A DNA stretch of 64,000 bases, filler included, from Basidiobolus ranarum (Eukaryota), in NCBI GenBank assembly GCA_040143965.1. It is 42 parts of 42 records of this genome, joined end to end, with 100 filler letters (N's around TTAATTAATTAA, not from the genome) between each part and the next. Parts side by side here need not be neighbours in the genome. Positions count along the whole stretch, not along the records: positions 12,266 to 13,697 come from JASJQH010012087.1; positions 13,798 to 15,229 come from JASJQH010012088.1; positions 15,330 to 16,760 come from JASJQH010012089.1; positions 16,861 to 18,291 come from JASJQH010012090.1; positions 18,392 to 19,821 come from JASJQH010012091.1; positions 19,922 to 21,351 come from JASJQH010012092.1; positions 21,452 to 22,880 come from JASJQH010012093.1; positions 22,981 to 24,409 come from JASJQH010012094.1; 34 more parts are not named here. One strand, written 5' to 3'. Positions 13,045 through 25,724 of this stretch are shown one piece after another. Under the pieces are notes generated by a model, which did not search any database, had not been told where the DNA came from, and was given only the letters and a program-made list of their open reading frames with translations. Within the stretch, counting starts at the first letter, position 1. Each line of letters starts with the position of its first letter. Both the position numbers and the translations under genes were made by a program.

Positions 13045-13479
13045 ATGCCACGAAAATATCAAGATCGCTTCCCACATCTACCTACTAGAAGAGGCGAAGG
13101 TAGTGTTCGAAGTGGGACAATAGCAAACCAAGAGTCCCAAAACCCAGTGGCGCCTAATAGGAACCGAACTACCCATGCGTTGGGTACTGTAGAACAACTG
13201 GCTGCGAACAGGCAACGAAATGCCCAAAATTCTACTGTTCTACGTAGAAATAGAGCGGAGGCAACTAACGCGATTCGCCAGCTTCTGCACCTCGGCACAA
13301 GCATTCCCCAGTACCAAGTTATACGTATAGCGCTCTGGGAATTGGAGAGAATGCTGGCGTTAGTGCCAGAAAGCGAACATTTAACACCTGCTCAAGTCAG
13401 TGTGTTAATGAATAGAGTACGTGAGTTTTATTCTTTAAATGACTTGGATCAGTCCCAATCAAATAACAATGAGTCATAA
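13045..13479 (+). CDS. 144-aa intronless protein, divergent bHLH-like
   Basis: Intact ATG-TAA ORF that retains CpG unlike its flanks; basic RQRNAQN..RRNR followed by two amphipathic segments; AATAAA downstream. Confidence 0.7.
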   Translation: MPRKYQDRFPHLPTRRGEGSVRSGTIANQESQNPVAPNRNRTTHALGTVEQLAANRQRNAQNSTVLRRNRAEATNAIRQLLHLGTSIPQYQVIRIALWELERMLALVPESEHLTPAQVSVLMNRVREFYSLNDLDQSQSNNNES

Positions 13480-14926
13480 TGTAAAAGTAAAAAATAAACA
13501 AATTATTGACAATCTTTGGAACATGTGCAGAAATAAGCTTCAAGTTTAAATCCAAACATTAGCTCTCATAGGGTTAAGGGGGAGATAGTCACCAAAAGGT
13601 GAAATCTTTATTTCAAACAAAACAAAGAAGCCATAACTACTTTTGTAGTTTCTTAACTAATGTATGGAGATCAGGAGTATTTGTATGAATGTTGCAANNN
13701 NNNNNNNNNNNNNNNNNNNNNNNNNNNNNNNNNNNNNNNNNTTAATTAATTAANNNNNNNNNNNNNNNNNNNNNNNNNNNNNNNNNNNNNNNNNNNNCTA
13801 TGATTTTTATACTGCTCAGAAGGAGGAAGATTTGAGTTAATTAAAATAACTGGCCAGCAAGCCTTTCCAATGATATATATTTGTTTAGTGAGAAACCATC
13901 CAAAGCCAATGCAAATACATGATCATATGTATTCTCAAATAGACCTTGTCTTTTCAGATTATGGCTTTGCTATCCATCAAGTACATTGGTAATTCCATCA
14001 GTTTTACAATGAGTACTTCAGAACTGGATTAATGATGAACATATGGGTAATTTCATCAAAACTTCAAGACAAGGAAACAATGGCATGTATACAAAAAAAA
14101 TTCTTAACCTGATTTGGTGATTGCCAATTGTGTGCAAACAGTACATCACTTTAGAGTTATCACATTAACAGTGAAAGCCAAAGAACCATTTGGACATGAA
14201 AGCAGTTTAATTACTGATGGATTCCAATTCATACAATTGATGAGTGCTTAACACTTGTATCAGATCTGCATTAAGAAACAGCTGCCAATTAACTGTAGCA
14301 AAAGTGTAAGAAAGCCAAGACCTGAGTGCTAAGTTTGGATTTACTCCTCCACTCCTCAATGATCAAATCTGCTTCCTTTATGATAAGTGTTATGAGTGGA
14401 CTAATGCTTGCCAATAGTCCAGAGTTTGTAACAAAACCATCATCTTATACTTAATCTTTGTCTTTTATACTGCCATCAGTACTGGATTCATGGAGGTCAA
14501 CATTGAGCAGCATGTCCTCAAACCTTTCTGGACTTACTGGCTTAACCAAACTTACACTTCTACTAACATCATTCTGGTAACAAAGCTGAGGTAACTCTAT
14601 GGTATCTTGACTTTTGGCAGTGTTACCAAAAATTTTAGATAAAGCATAGTCAATACACCATGTTGCTTAAACTAAAGTTGTTTTTGTAACCTATTACTAT
14701 CATGCCAGGCTATGTGCAGCTGATAGCTTTGTACGGTGAAAGTGCATGTGTTTATTCTTTCATGAAGCCCCTAGCTTTCCTAGCACAAGAATTTGTCAAC
14801 AAAATAGCAAGGATTCTTTGAACATATGAGTTGTGGAAAGAAAAGCATATTGTGAAAACTGAAAACCCATTATGTAAGTGTGGTATTTTTGGTATACCCA
14901 ATCCATATCATCAGCTGATTTAAGAC

Positions 14927-15229
14927 GCTTTCTCCCCCCATCCGGGGGGAGTTTCAATTACGGCCTGTGCTTCGCCGGACCATAGCTTGTTCTATACTAA
15001 TGGCTCCGCTGTGAAAAGAACCCCCCGGGGGGCCCTTTAAATATCGGGGAGCTCCTAACACCAATAGGACTTGCTTATTGGATAATGGACGACGGAGGTA
15101 GAGGAACTGATGCCGAAGGCCCATAGTTTTATCATATCTACGGTCTCTTCGGGCATGGATTCACACCGGCCTGTGCTTCGCCGGACAGAGGTGGATCTTC
15201 TTATTCAAGGGGGGTTTTAAAGGGGGGGG
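14927..15229 (+). pseudogene. Mitochondrial-type LAGLIDADG homing endonuclease fragment with GC clusters (NUMT or chimeric join)
   Basis: HSLFYTNG, PLNIGELLTPIGLAYWIMDDGG (from 15034), HGFT, EVDLLIQ, separated by GC-rich palindromic inserts. Confidence 0.85.
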
Positions 15230-15849
15230 NNNNNNNNNNNNNNNNNNNNNNNNNNNNNNNNNNNNNNNNNNNNTTAATTAATTAANNNNNNNNNNNNNNN
15301 NNNNNNNNNNNNNNNNNNNNNNNNNNNNNTCCAATAATTTATCATCGTCAGCACTCTCCTAGCATTCTCCTCATGGTAACATTGGCCATGGAAAATCAAT
15401 TACAGTCTACTCTATATCAAGTCACTGGTAGTGATATTGGAAGTTCTTCCGTATCCAATACAGATTCCAAGGTAGAAAATAATCCGAAAGGTGGTTATGT
15501 TGTTCCAGTCAGATAAGGAGAAAATGCGTCAAATACTCAACATTCCATTGAGATTAACCTAACCGTAAGTAGGATGTCAACTAACACATATAAAAAAATA
15601 TAATGAAGCTATAGATATATATCATTCACTATCTTACAGACTTTTCAAGTTACGTAAGTGACTTTGTATTATTATATTATACATAAAGTTTATCCAAAAT
15701 ATAGACCAAGTAGTAGTATCTATTATTAATATTATATCCATTATGCCTGACGAGTAACTGCCTAAATTAGATATAAAATTGAGTAACTGACTAGGATTAG
15801 ATATAAAATTATTTAGAATCCCAAATATGGTAACATTGTTACATCCTTC

Positions 15850-16110
15850 ATTGAAACTTGCTGTGCCACTTAACCTCTATAAAAAAAACCTTGATTTTTG
15901 GAATGAAGATGGTAGTAAATACAAGAGTGCTTACTTCGATAATTATGACGGAGTTTGGTACCACGGATATTTTGTATACAGCAATGCTTGACAGCACAAG
16001 AGATTCCAGTAAGCTAATTATTCCATTATACATGTGACTCTTCTTTCCTAACTAACAAATCTACTGTGAATGGTAAAAAAGTGGAAATCGCTGTTAAACG
16101 AATCATGTCT
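15850..16110 (+). pseudogene. Acetoacetyl-CoA synthetase-like pseudogene fragment
   Basis: FWNEDGSKYKSAYFDNYDGVWYHG, then QEIP / TVNGKKVEIAVKRIMS; stop codon, large internal deletion and lost splice acceptor. Confidence 0.78.
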
Positions 16111-17536
16111 ACAACCCTATTACAACGGAGATACCGCTAAGTGTTATAGCATTCCTTCCATTCCCTCCTCTGGCTAATAAACACTGTATGGTAGAAGTAA
16201 TCATCGTAGCTTTACCATTAAGCCTTATTATACTCATGTACGGGCGTATTCATGAAATAAGCCTTGTTATACTGATGTATGGATGCATTCAGACTCCAAT
16301 ATTGATCTCCTGAAGCTATTGATGTTGTAGCTCATCAGTGTCGAAACAAACCAAGAAATGGCTCTAAATGTCTCAGCCAGAAGACTCACGTTTGGCTTCT
16401 ATTTAAAGCGCTAAGGAATTTTAAGTAGAGCAGCTATCTTCAGCACTACTACCACTTCCTAAATCATCATGTTTGGTGTTACATCTGCCGCTTTATTTTC
16501 GGTCTTTTTCTGTAAACAGATATTAGTTGAGGCCGCTTTGGCATTTACCGCGCCTATGCTAGATACATGGGATGTGGGAACTACACAGGCAATAAAATGG
16601 TAAAAATCGATAGATTTATTCTTACTTTTTAACATTAACAATATGCTCTTCTCATCTTCCACTCTCCTCACCTTAGGATCGACAACAAAAATAACGTACC
16701 CATGCCTACTGCCATCACTCTAACGTTGATGAATGGGTCACCAGCCTTGTTACAAGTTGTNNNNNNNNNNNNNNNNNNNNNNNNNNNNNNNNNNNNNNNN
16801 NNNNTTAATTAATTAANNNNNNNNNNNNNNNNNNNNNNNNNNNNNNNNNNNNNNNNNNNNTCAATCGGAAAGTAACTTTTCAGTTTTCTTGAGTGAAAGT
16901 GGCAACTTGACTTGTAATTCAATATATCTGCGACATTGGCTAACAGCAGCTTCACTAATTGCCGCAAATCAAAATGAAACCACGAGGCGTACTGTACATT
17001 TTCAAAACGCCATTCAACCTTAGGTAACCTTTAAGTGGGACAAGAATGATGGTTTCAAGATAGCCATTAATAGTAAGAGTATATCAACTGCAATTTTAGC
17101 CATATAACGCGCAACATGAAATGTGTAGAATCATGCCATAAGTATGCATAACGGCGTCCTTATGCTACACTCTGGTCTGGCCTGTTTGGATGTGAAGTTA
17201 GATTTGGGTTTCGATTATCGTTCAAGCTGTTGAATCACTCTTGGTGTGTTCTGAGTGCTTTTTAGCCAATAATCAAGGGACAATATAATGGAGGTGCTAC
17301 ACTATTCACGAACTAATCATGTATGTCCATTTATATGATTCATATATAATATGCTAGTTGTTCGTTTTAGAATCAATTATAATAATTAGTGAATGTAATT
17401 GCGTTCTGAAACGCTTGAATTAAATGATTTAAGATGAGTTCTGCGGAGTCTGGTTTGTTAAACCTTTAATGTATATATAAGTCTGTATAAAATCATAGGA
17501 AATTCTTCGTCGTAGACTGGCCCGTTATTTTAGGGA

Positions 17537-18191
17537 TTACCAACCTTCAGGAGTAGGTTCCTCTTCTTGCTGAGGTGTAGATTCGTAAGCTTCGGACATT
17601 CTAGGTGCCAGGAATACGACCTTGTCTAAAATGGGAAAGTTAGCTATAGTGTCATATAAATAGGTCGAATGTTCATTACCTCCATAAACGAATGTCTCGT
17701 AACGTTTTTCTCCATTTTTATCCAAGTAACGTCTGGTAGCTAAAGAGCCCTCAACGTAAACATCAACACGATTGCTAATAAACGAGCAATAAACACATCA
17801 ATGAATTAGTAATATTCCTCCCGAGTTGAAACATAAATATACTTCTTATAGGAGTTATTTATCGAGTGATGTAAAGGAAGGTTAAACTACTCACTCGTTT
17901 CCTAAATTTTCTCCCACTAAATCAGCAATAGTATTATTGTAGCTCTTGATTTTATGATAACGTAAAGCTTTTTTTTCTAAAGCGATTGATAGTGTAAGAA
18001 AATCAGTTGGTATCAGTATTATCTCGCGTTCGCGCTCTCGAGGTACGATAAAAATGAACTACCTTCATTATGACTAGGGTGAGAAGTAGCGAGGGTAAAT
18101 TCTACTGCACGAGTGCCACTAGGTAAATCTCTAATTCTAGGGCTAGAAGCGGCACCCATTAAGATAACTCTGTTTATCGAAGGGTTTTGAC
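17537..18191 (-). CDS. RIM1: Mitochondrial single-stranded DNA-binding protein (SSB/Rim1-like), 5' end missing, 4 visible exons
   Basis: Spliced reading SINRVILMG...AVEFTLATS...YHKIKSYN...VYVEGSLATRRYLDKNGEKRYETFVYGDKVVFL plus acidic tail; GT-AG introns. Confidence 0.88.
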
Positions 18192-18391
18192 CTAAGGGGA
18201 AGAAATTTTCAGTCCAACATGTTTAGATAAACAATGGTTGCTGATGTCAAGGATACCATAATTTCTAACACTCGTGTGGATGGAACCCTATNNNNNNNNN
18301 NNNNNNNNNNNNNNNNNNNNNNNNNNNNNNNNNNNTTAATTAATTAANNNNNNNNNNNNNNNNNNNNNNNNNNNNNNNNNNNNNNNNNNNN

Positions 18392-18572
18392 TCGTGGTGC
18401 CGCTGTTGCTGAAGTTTTGTGGTCCGACATCAAGCTTGAGGATGGCACTTACCGCAAGACTGGTGATGTATTCCCTCGTATTCATGAACAAAGAGCTCGT
18501 TTAGTCGACCGTGGTATTGGAGCTAGACCATTGCAACCTTTGTGGTGTGCTCGTAACCCACGTAATTGTTAA
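18392..18572 (+). CDS. GH20 beta-N-acetylhexosaminidase, 3' end
   Basis: RGAAVAEVLWS...RIHEQRARLVDRGIGARPLQPLWCARNPRNC* is the fungal GH20 C-terminus. Confidence 0.92.
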
Positions 18573-19701
18573 GCATGTTGACATCTCATAAATTGCAAAA
18601 TGATTCTGATACAAGTTACGTAGTAGCTTATTTAGAATATTCCCTTAAAACATGCCCTTAATTCTTTTTCTTTCATTCACCTTCACATTCATATTGAACT
18701 TTTGTCCAAAAATAAAATAATCAGCGATTAAACTAGTCAAGTCCTACGCATAAAATATTAATTGTGCTACATGATCTATTACTAGTATTAACTTCATTGT
18801 TGTAATACGTACAACGTTGATCTGAAAATACTCTAATCTTTTATTTTCCGATATTATACGAAAAGTAAGAATAGCTTGAATCGATTACTAGAAATGGACT
18901 TGAATTATTCAAACAGCTTGTTTAACCGAATTTCTATTCATTTAATTATAAAATGATCGAAACGGCTGGGATGTAACTCTCATCTATATATGTAAGTGAT
19001 CAATAAATTAAATTGATCAAATGAGTTTATTTTATACGGATTTGGGCATATTTTCTACTATAACGTGAATAGAACGAGAATATGGAGAAGTTGCCCGTTA
19101 TAGACATTTATTGTTTTGTCTATCCCTATGTGTAAAGTGGAAGTAAGTTTTTCAAATCCCACGGAGAAAAGGTGAAAGATGCCCAAATTAAGAAGTGTGA
19201 ATGAAGCATTGCGCATGTAAAATACATTTTGCAATGTTTGGACTACTTTAGTGTCTTTCAAATATTTCACGAACGACAATTATCCTGATTGATGTGACTA
19301 ACGTTAGTAACGTCTGAAATATTTTGAGGAGGAATTTGACTCTAATATAGCCATCATAGCTGAAACGTAGCCTGCTTTATACATTTTAAGTCATGATTGT
19401 AGTCGGGCTTTCCTTAATCATCCCAGCTGATAAAACTGATTTTTGGTTGAATGTGGAGAAATAGAGGCGATATTCGTAGCTAAATTTATCAATTTTGACC
19501 GAATATATCGTCAATCTGTTATTAATTATAGTCTAGAAACAGTACTATTACTGATTTCATTGGTGCAGATGCTAGTACTCTGAAGTATCTAGGCCGTCCA
19601 ATATCATTCCATAGTTTCAAATCCTATAAATATTAGTGTCATAGCGAAGAAGAAGATCAGACACTCCTCCCTCAGAAAGCAACAAAACACTCTTCAACTC
19701 A

Positions 19702-19821
19702 ATGGTTGCAATTAAGCTCCTCGCTACCGTATCACTTCTTGCCGCTTCATCTATGGCTTGGGTTTGGCCCTTGCCCGAGAAGATGGAAATTGGTGAGAGT
19801 GTCTTGACCGTCAGGAACGGT
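19702..19821 (+). CDS. GH20 beta-N-acetylhexosaminidase, 5' end of next tandem copy
   Basis: Signal peptide MVAIKLLATVSLLAASSMA then WVWPLP motif; TATAAA at ~19625. Confidence 0.85.
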
Positions 19822-20066
19822 NNNNNNNNNNNNNNNNNNNNNNNNNNNNNNNNNNNNNNNNNNNNTTAATTAATTAANNNNNNNNNNNNNNNNNNNNNNN
19901 NNNNNNNNNNNNNNNNNNNNNTCTCATATATATATAATGTATGTTCCAATTTTCAGCTAAGTGATATTTGACTAAGTAATGTTAACTAACTTAAATGTGA
20001 TATATGAAGTAGTTAGGTGTAGAAAGATAGAGATAACAAATATGATAAAGACAATACACTTCAACA

Positions 20067-20600
20067 AGCTTCTGATGGTCCCTTTGGCTCTATTTCTTCT
20101 CCTGTAACAAATCCCCAAAGGTCCTTGTCTTCTAGCACCATTTGCAACTTGAACTTCCAAAGGTGAAAGTCTTCACCATCAAATTTCTCTGTGGGTACTA
20201 AAACATTGGTACTAGTACTGGTAGACATTTCTTTTACAGCTAGCTTGGGCTCATAACCTGATAAAAGTGTTTAGGGGATTTGGAAGTGTTTTGGACAAGA
20301 TTTTGATTGGTTTATTAGACACTTAAGTTTTATTCAATTGAATGTGTCCTATTTATAGTTTACTTTGAAATATGACTATCAGATCATAACAAACTTTTCT
20401 GTTAAGCATGAGTGAAAATTTAAGGTGATTTGGAGATGATTTGAGACAATAGTGAAAATTGATAAAAGTGATCTAATTAACATTTCTGTCAATTAGAGCA
20501 ATAAACACATGTCTTTGAATGGCAGAATTGAGTACGAAATAATCAGAATATGAATGAACTAACTACTAAATAATGAGGTGCTACTTACCTAACTTCAACA
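20067..20600 (-). mobile_element. Copia 5' end: LTR C (20259-20600), PBS (20247-20258), gag start (ATG 20228); LTR C also at 27567-27716, 28556-28906, 63225-63475
   Basis: TGTTGAAG...TTATCA then GGTTATGAGCCC; EKFDGEDFHLWKFKLQMVLEDKDLW. Confidence 0.92.
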
Positions 20601-21451
20601 GTATCAATTCACCAAATAGTCAGTCTAACATCAAACTTGGTATAAGCCATAAGCCTATGATTATATTGCCAAATGTGATCAGCTGGAGCCAGAGCTTCCC
20701 ATTAACACTATTCACCTACTAATTAACTACATTTAATACCACTTACTCAGCTATATAGTGGAGCATTCAATATGATTGAGCCATTTAAGATAGGATCAAG
20801 GTTTGAGTCAGTTAGGAAAATGTTTGAAGACATCAAGATACCAGCTAATTTTACCTGGACTCCTATCAATATCCACTCATGTATTTGTTGATTCAAAAGC
20901 AAAGACTCAAAGTGTTGAATTTGTTAATATTCAAGTGGAATCTTGAGAAGACTTCTGCCTGATGAATATTGGCAACATTGGGAGTTGTTTGTTTATTTTG
21001 TTAATATATTCTTATGGCATCAACTCACATTGGCAGATCTCAGGCAGATACAGCCACTGTGTGAAGATTCTGTAATCGATATGAGAAACTGTTGAAGTTT
21101 ATTGTCTTTATCATATATGTTATCCCTATCTTTATACACCTAACTATTTCATATATCACATATTAGTTATTCAACATTATTTAGTCAAATAGCACTTAGC
21201 TGCAAATCGAAACATATAATTTATATATATGTGAATTATATGAGAATTAGCAATTACATATTGGAAATTTCAAACTCATCCAAATTGCCCCAAAGATAGC
21301 TCATTTTACTCCCACAGATGTTCTGAACACAACCCCAGTGTTAGTTTTCTGNNNNNNNNNNNNNNNNNNNNNNNNNNNNNNNNNNNNNNNNNNNNTTAAT
21401 TAATTAANNNNNNNNNNNNNNNNNNNNNNNNNNNNNNNNNNNNNNNNNNNN

Positions 21452-22657
21452 GATGTAAGTTACCCATCTACTAATTACTCATTCAAACTGTGTGAAATCT
21501 TGCCCAAAATTACCTGGATTTGAGCAAATTGTAGAAAAACCAAAAACCTGGGATTATTCTAAAGGTTTTTGACTTATTTCATGTGCCTTATCCTGCATTT
21601 TTGCAAGTAAATGGCAATTGTGCTAGTAAAGACCTACTAATCAAACATCTCAAAAATATATGCAATTATTGACTTGGAAAAGAAAGAAAAGCCACTAAAC
21701 AAGTACTAAAGGAGCAGGAAATTAGTAAACCAAAGGGAAAAGGAAAGGAACCGGAAAGTTTAGGCTCAACTCACTCACTTACCAAATTCTTTGCACTATT
21801 CAAAAGATCTGAATTTCCAGAGTCAGATATACTGGCAAACAAGCTTAATTTAACCATGGAATCAGATACACCAGTTGGAAGAGTGCTAAATTTGGAAGTT
21901 TATCCAATACCTGGCACCTCTCAACAAGCCAAAACACCAGCAAATAAAACTCACTGCTCTCCAACCTCAACTGGTACTTTTCAAAGTGTTGACATTGGCC
22001 CCAAAGTTAAAGGCAAGCAAAAAGTCACATAAACACCACAAAGCACCCTCAGTAGTGTCACACTACAAGGATGTATGAAAAGAGTAAACATGCTTGAGGT
22101 GTATTTTCAAAAGTATAAAGGGAAAATGGGAGTACAAATATGTAGAATGTGGCTTCAGAAGAAGAACATTCAACTTGACATTCAGACTGGTGTTAATCAC
22201 ACAGATATCTGGGATGAAATTAACACAGAGTGGCAGAGTATTGCAGGTATCTACCAGATAGCTGTAAGAATGTTGATTCAGCAACATTAATACAATGGTA
22301 GGCTTTGATGGAGATATTGATGCAAACTTGAGTTAGATATGAGCTAAACTTTGGATATGAAGAACTCTATAAACATATTCAGTAGAATATATCAAAGGAA
22401 CTGGGAATTTTAAAGATGACAAATTAGCATTCAAGTGGTAGATGTGTAAATTTGAGTTACATTTTTTGCAAATGTGTTGATTCATAGTTCCCTGAAATTG
22501 TAGCCAATCATGTGCAATATGTTGCAAGATCTTGAAATTTCTCTTGTGAAATTGAAAAAATTGATTAAACTCAAATCTAACTTGACAATTTTATGATGGT
22601 AGGTAAACGGTCAATCCCAAATGGATTAACACAGTGACAGTTTTATTACTATAACAA
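21452..22657 (+). mobile_element. Terminal ~1.2 kb (end E) of CCCTA DNA transposon with decayed ORF; copies 32870-33573(-), 35199-36353, 44348-45260, 52820-53388(-), 53886-54550(-), 55012-55820, 58054-58720
   Basis: Similarity among copies stops at ATTTCTGTTAGGG, after which flanks differ; shared KEPVSLGST-PLTKFF...PTPGTSQQ ORF. Confidence 0.82.
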
Positions 22658-22980
22658 TCCTCAAATTTCTGTTAGGGGCAGGGGGTAGGTCTACAACCAC
22701 TAGTTTCCCAAGGAATGTCAATCATAATTCAAGGTGCAACTTTTTGTTGAAGAAGTGATTGGCACCTTGACAAAAGAATATACCAGTATCAATGTCCTTG
22801 GATCTTGATCAAGTACTAAAGTTTCTTTGATCAAAAACAACTGTATAATCAAGCAGTAGTGAGTTGACAAGGATGCACCTNNNNNNNNNNNNNNNNNNNN
22901 NNNNNNNNNNNNNNNNNNNNNNNNTTAATTAATTAANNNNNNNNNNNNNNNNNNNNNNNNNNNNNNNNNNNNNNNNNNNN

Positions 22981-23740
22981 AAGCTTCTTTGATCAAAAAC
23001 AACTGTAAACTCAACCAGTAGTGTCTTGACAAGGATGGACTTAGAGCAATTATAAAACTTGAAAGGTACCTTTGCCTTAGCTGGGAAGCTTGGGAGAGAT
23101 GGGACATAAGAGAAAGCTAAACTTGGGGGGTTTCAAGGTTGGAGAACAAGGATGGAGAGAAGTCTACATGCAATTGTAAGTAGTCTGATCAAACTGTCAC
23201 AATAAGGAACTGGACAAGGATTGGAAACAATGATAAGAGGCTAGAAGGCAGCAGAGAATTTGGGTGTAGATCACAAGACAAGACAAGATGAGACTGAACA
23301 GGGAAGATACTTTGGCAAGATTCTTTATTGTTAACTGGCATTGATCAGACTAAGGTCTGATCAAGGAATACATGGGGCTTATATAGATATTGCAGGGTGG
23401 AACATAATATACTGAATAGGGAATATACTGTGGCAAGTTCTAGTGTTGGGGTGTTGGGGACTACAAGGATCAATACAAAGAGGAATGATGTAACGATGAT
23501 ATAAGGATGATCAGGTGACCTTCCATTAAAGGTCTTGGTAGAAATACACTATAAGTGGGATGACATGATTGGATAGGTTTCTTGGATTGTTCCAAAGATC
23601 ATGACTTCCATATAGGGTAACCTGGATGAACTAACACATGACTACTGAGAAGGGATGGCACAGCTGACATGATGTCATAATGTAACAATAGAAGAGTTCT
23701 ATATGCAATGGATGAGTATGCCAAGATCAGAATTGTGACA
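22981..23740 (-). mobile_element. Chromovirus 5' end: 546-bp LTR D (23195-23740), non-tRNA PBS (23181-23194) and leader, inserted in CACTA transposase
   Basis: TGTCACAAT...ATTGTGACA terminal inverted repeats; orientation fixed by the PPT in other copies; transposase sequence resumes at 23741. Confidence 0.88.
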
Positions 23741-24509
23741 TATATGACCAGAATGATGTAGATAGAAATGCAACTTTGGTCAAACCAGTAAGTCCAGACA
23801 ACTTTGCAGACATGCTGCTATATGTTGACCTTCATGATTCCAGTACTGATGGTAGTATATCACCAGTTGACAAAGCAGACAATGGTTCTGTTATGGACTC
23901 TTTGTTATTGGCAAGCATTAGTCCACTCTTAACGCTTACTGTAAAGGAAGCAGCTTTGATTATTGAGGAGTGGAGACTTCAATCCAATCTTAGCAACAAG
24001 GTGTTTATTGGTTTTCTTACACTTTTACCATAGTTGATTGGCAACAGTTGCTTGGCAAAGACCTGGTTCAAGTGGAAAACAGTTGTCTTTTGTTTGACTT
24101 ATAATCCTGTAATTACACTACCCTCATTTCCAAATGGTTGTTGGGCTTTCACCAGTGATCTGAAAAACTCAAGTCTTGTATTGTTGGCACACAATTGGCA
24201 AACACTGAATCAGGTAGATGTTGTTCAATTAGGCTTAAATACCATTGATTCCCTATCTTAAAGTTTTGATGAAATCACCAAAATATAGATCATTGATCCA
24301 ATACCAAAATACTCAGTATCAAGGTGATGGTATTACCACTATACTTGATGGGTATCATGACCAGAATCTGAAAAGTCATGGTTTCTTTGAGAATATGTAT
24401 GATCATGATNNNNNNNNNNNNNNNNNNNNNNNNNNNNNNNNNNNNNNNNNNNNTTAATTAATTAANNNNNNNNNNNNNNNNNNNNNNNNNNNNNNNNNNN
24501 NNNNNNNNN

Positions 24510-24626
24510 GTTCCTGACGGTCAAGACACTCTCACCAATTTCCATCTTCTCGGGCAAGGGCCAAACCCAAGCCATAGATGAAGCGGCAAGAAGTGATACG
24601 GTAGCGAGAAGCTTGATAGCGACCAT
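24510..24626 (-). CDS. GH20 hexosaminidase, 5' end (paralog)
   Basis: MVAIKLLATVSLLAASSMAWVWPLPEKMEIGESVLTVRN, same peptide as at 19702. Confidence 0.85.
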
Positions 24627-25724
24627 TGAATTGAGTGGTGTTTAGTTGGTTTCTGAGAGGAGTGTCTGATCTCTAACTTAATTTTTCAAACTCTATTTAT
24701 ACAATTTGAAGAAATGAACTAGAATCATAAAAGGGTAAGATCATTTATGCAAATGTAGAGAATACCAATCAGGAGCGATTATGGGGGTAGTAGCCATAAT
24801 GATGGAAATCCAAGAAAATCTTTTCACACAATGAACTTTAATATTGGCTCTATAGACGAGTGTGCTCACTATATTCGCAGGGAAATATTTTGATGGCATA
24901 ATCATGTGGCATATAAACTCGGTCAAATTCGATCCAGATAAAGTTAGAGCCACCACTACAAATGCACCGATTGTTGCACTTTTAAGTACCTCAGTAAGTG
25001 GATTCAGACTGGCCACAAGTTAGAAACAGAAATCGAGTAAAGAACTTTCCTTCCCAATCTAACTCACGTTTTGTAAACATCGTAATTTACAAGTTCTCCA
25101 AATGGAAATATTCATCGTTGGATGTGCTTACCTGCCCCTAGAACTGAGTGAAAAGCAAATATCTATACCAATTTCAGTACGTCATTTTACTAATAACCAA
25201 AATTTTAGAAGGAATGAATATACGTTGCGAGTATAGCGATAGCTCAGTAGTCTACGTGATGGAATAACCAGAGATGTTTATAAGTTTTAACTCATTTAGC
25301 CACATGGTGAGTTCTTTCAAATATTAGGATAACGAGAAAATAAAATCCATTGTGAGAAAGCACAGCGCTTTAGTGGTGAGTGAGTGAAATATATTCGAAG
25401 GGGAGCTGGTACAAGATTTTTTAGCCATACAAACGGGAAACGTATAAAGCTCTCGCCCACTAAGAGACTCGGGTTGCTAAAGTAGTGAAAATAACGACTT
25501 ATTTGATAACCAAATTTATTATTAATTGAGTTTTCAACATACAGAATATAATGCTCGACTCAGAGGAATTACAACGTAAGTAATTTTGATTTGTCGTTAG
25601 GAATTTTTGTAGAGATGATTGGAAATAAAAATGCGGTATGTATTAGAAGGTAATGACTATAAGAGTACTATCCTATGCATGCAATTGGAAGCACACGTAA
25701 AGCCGTAAGTATCATATCTGATAA

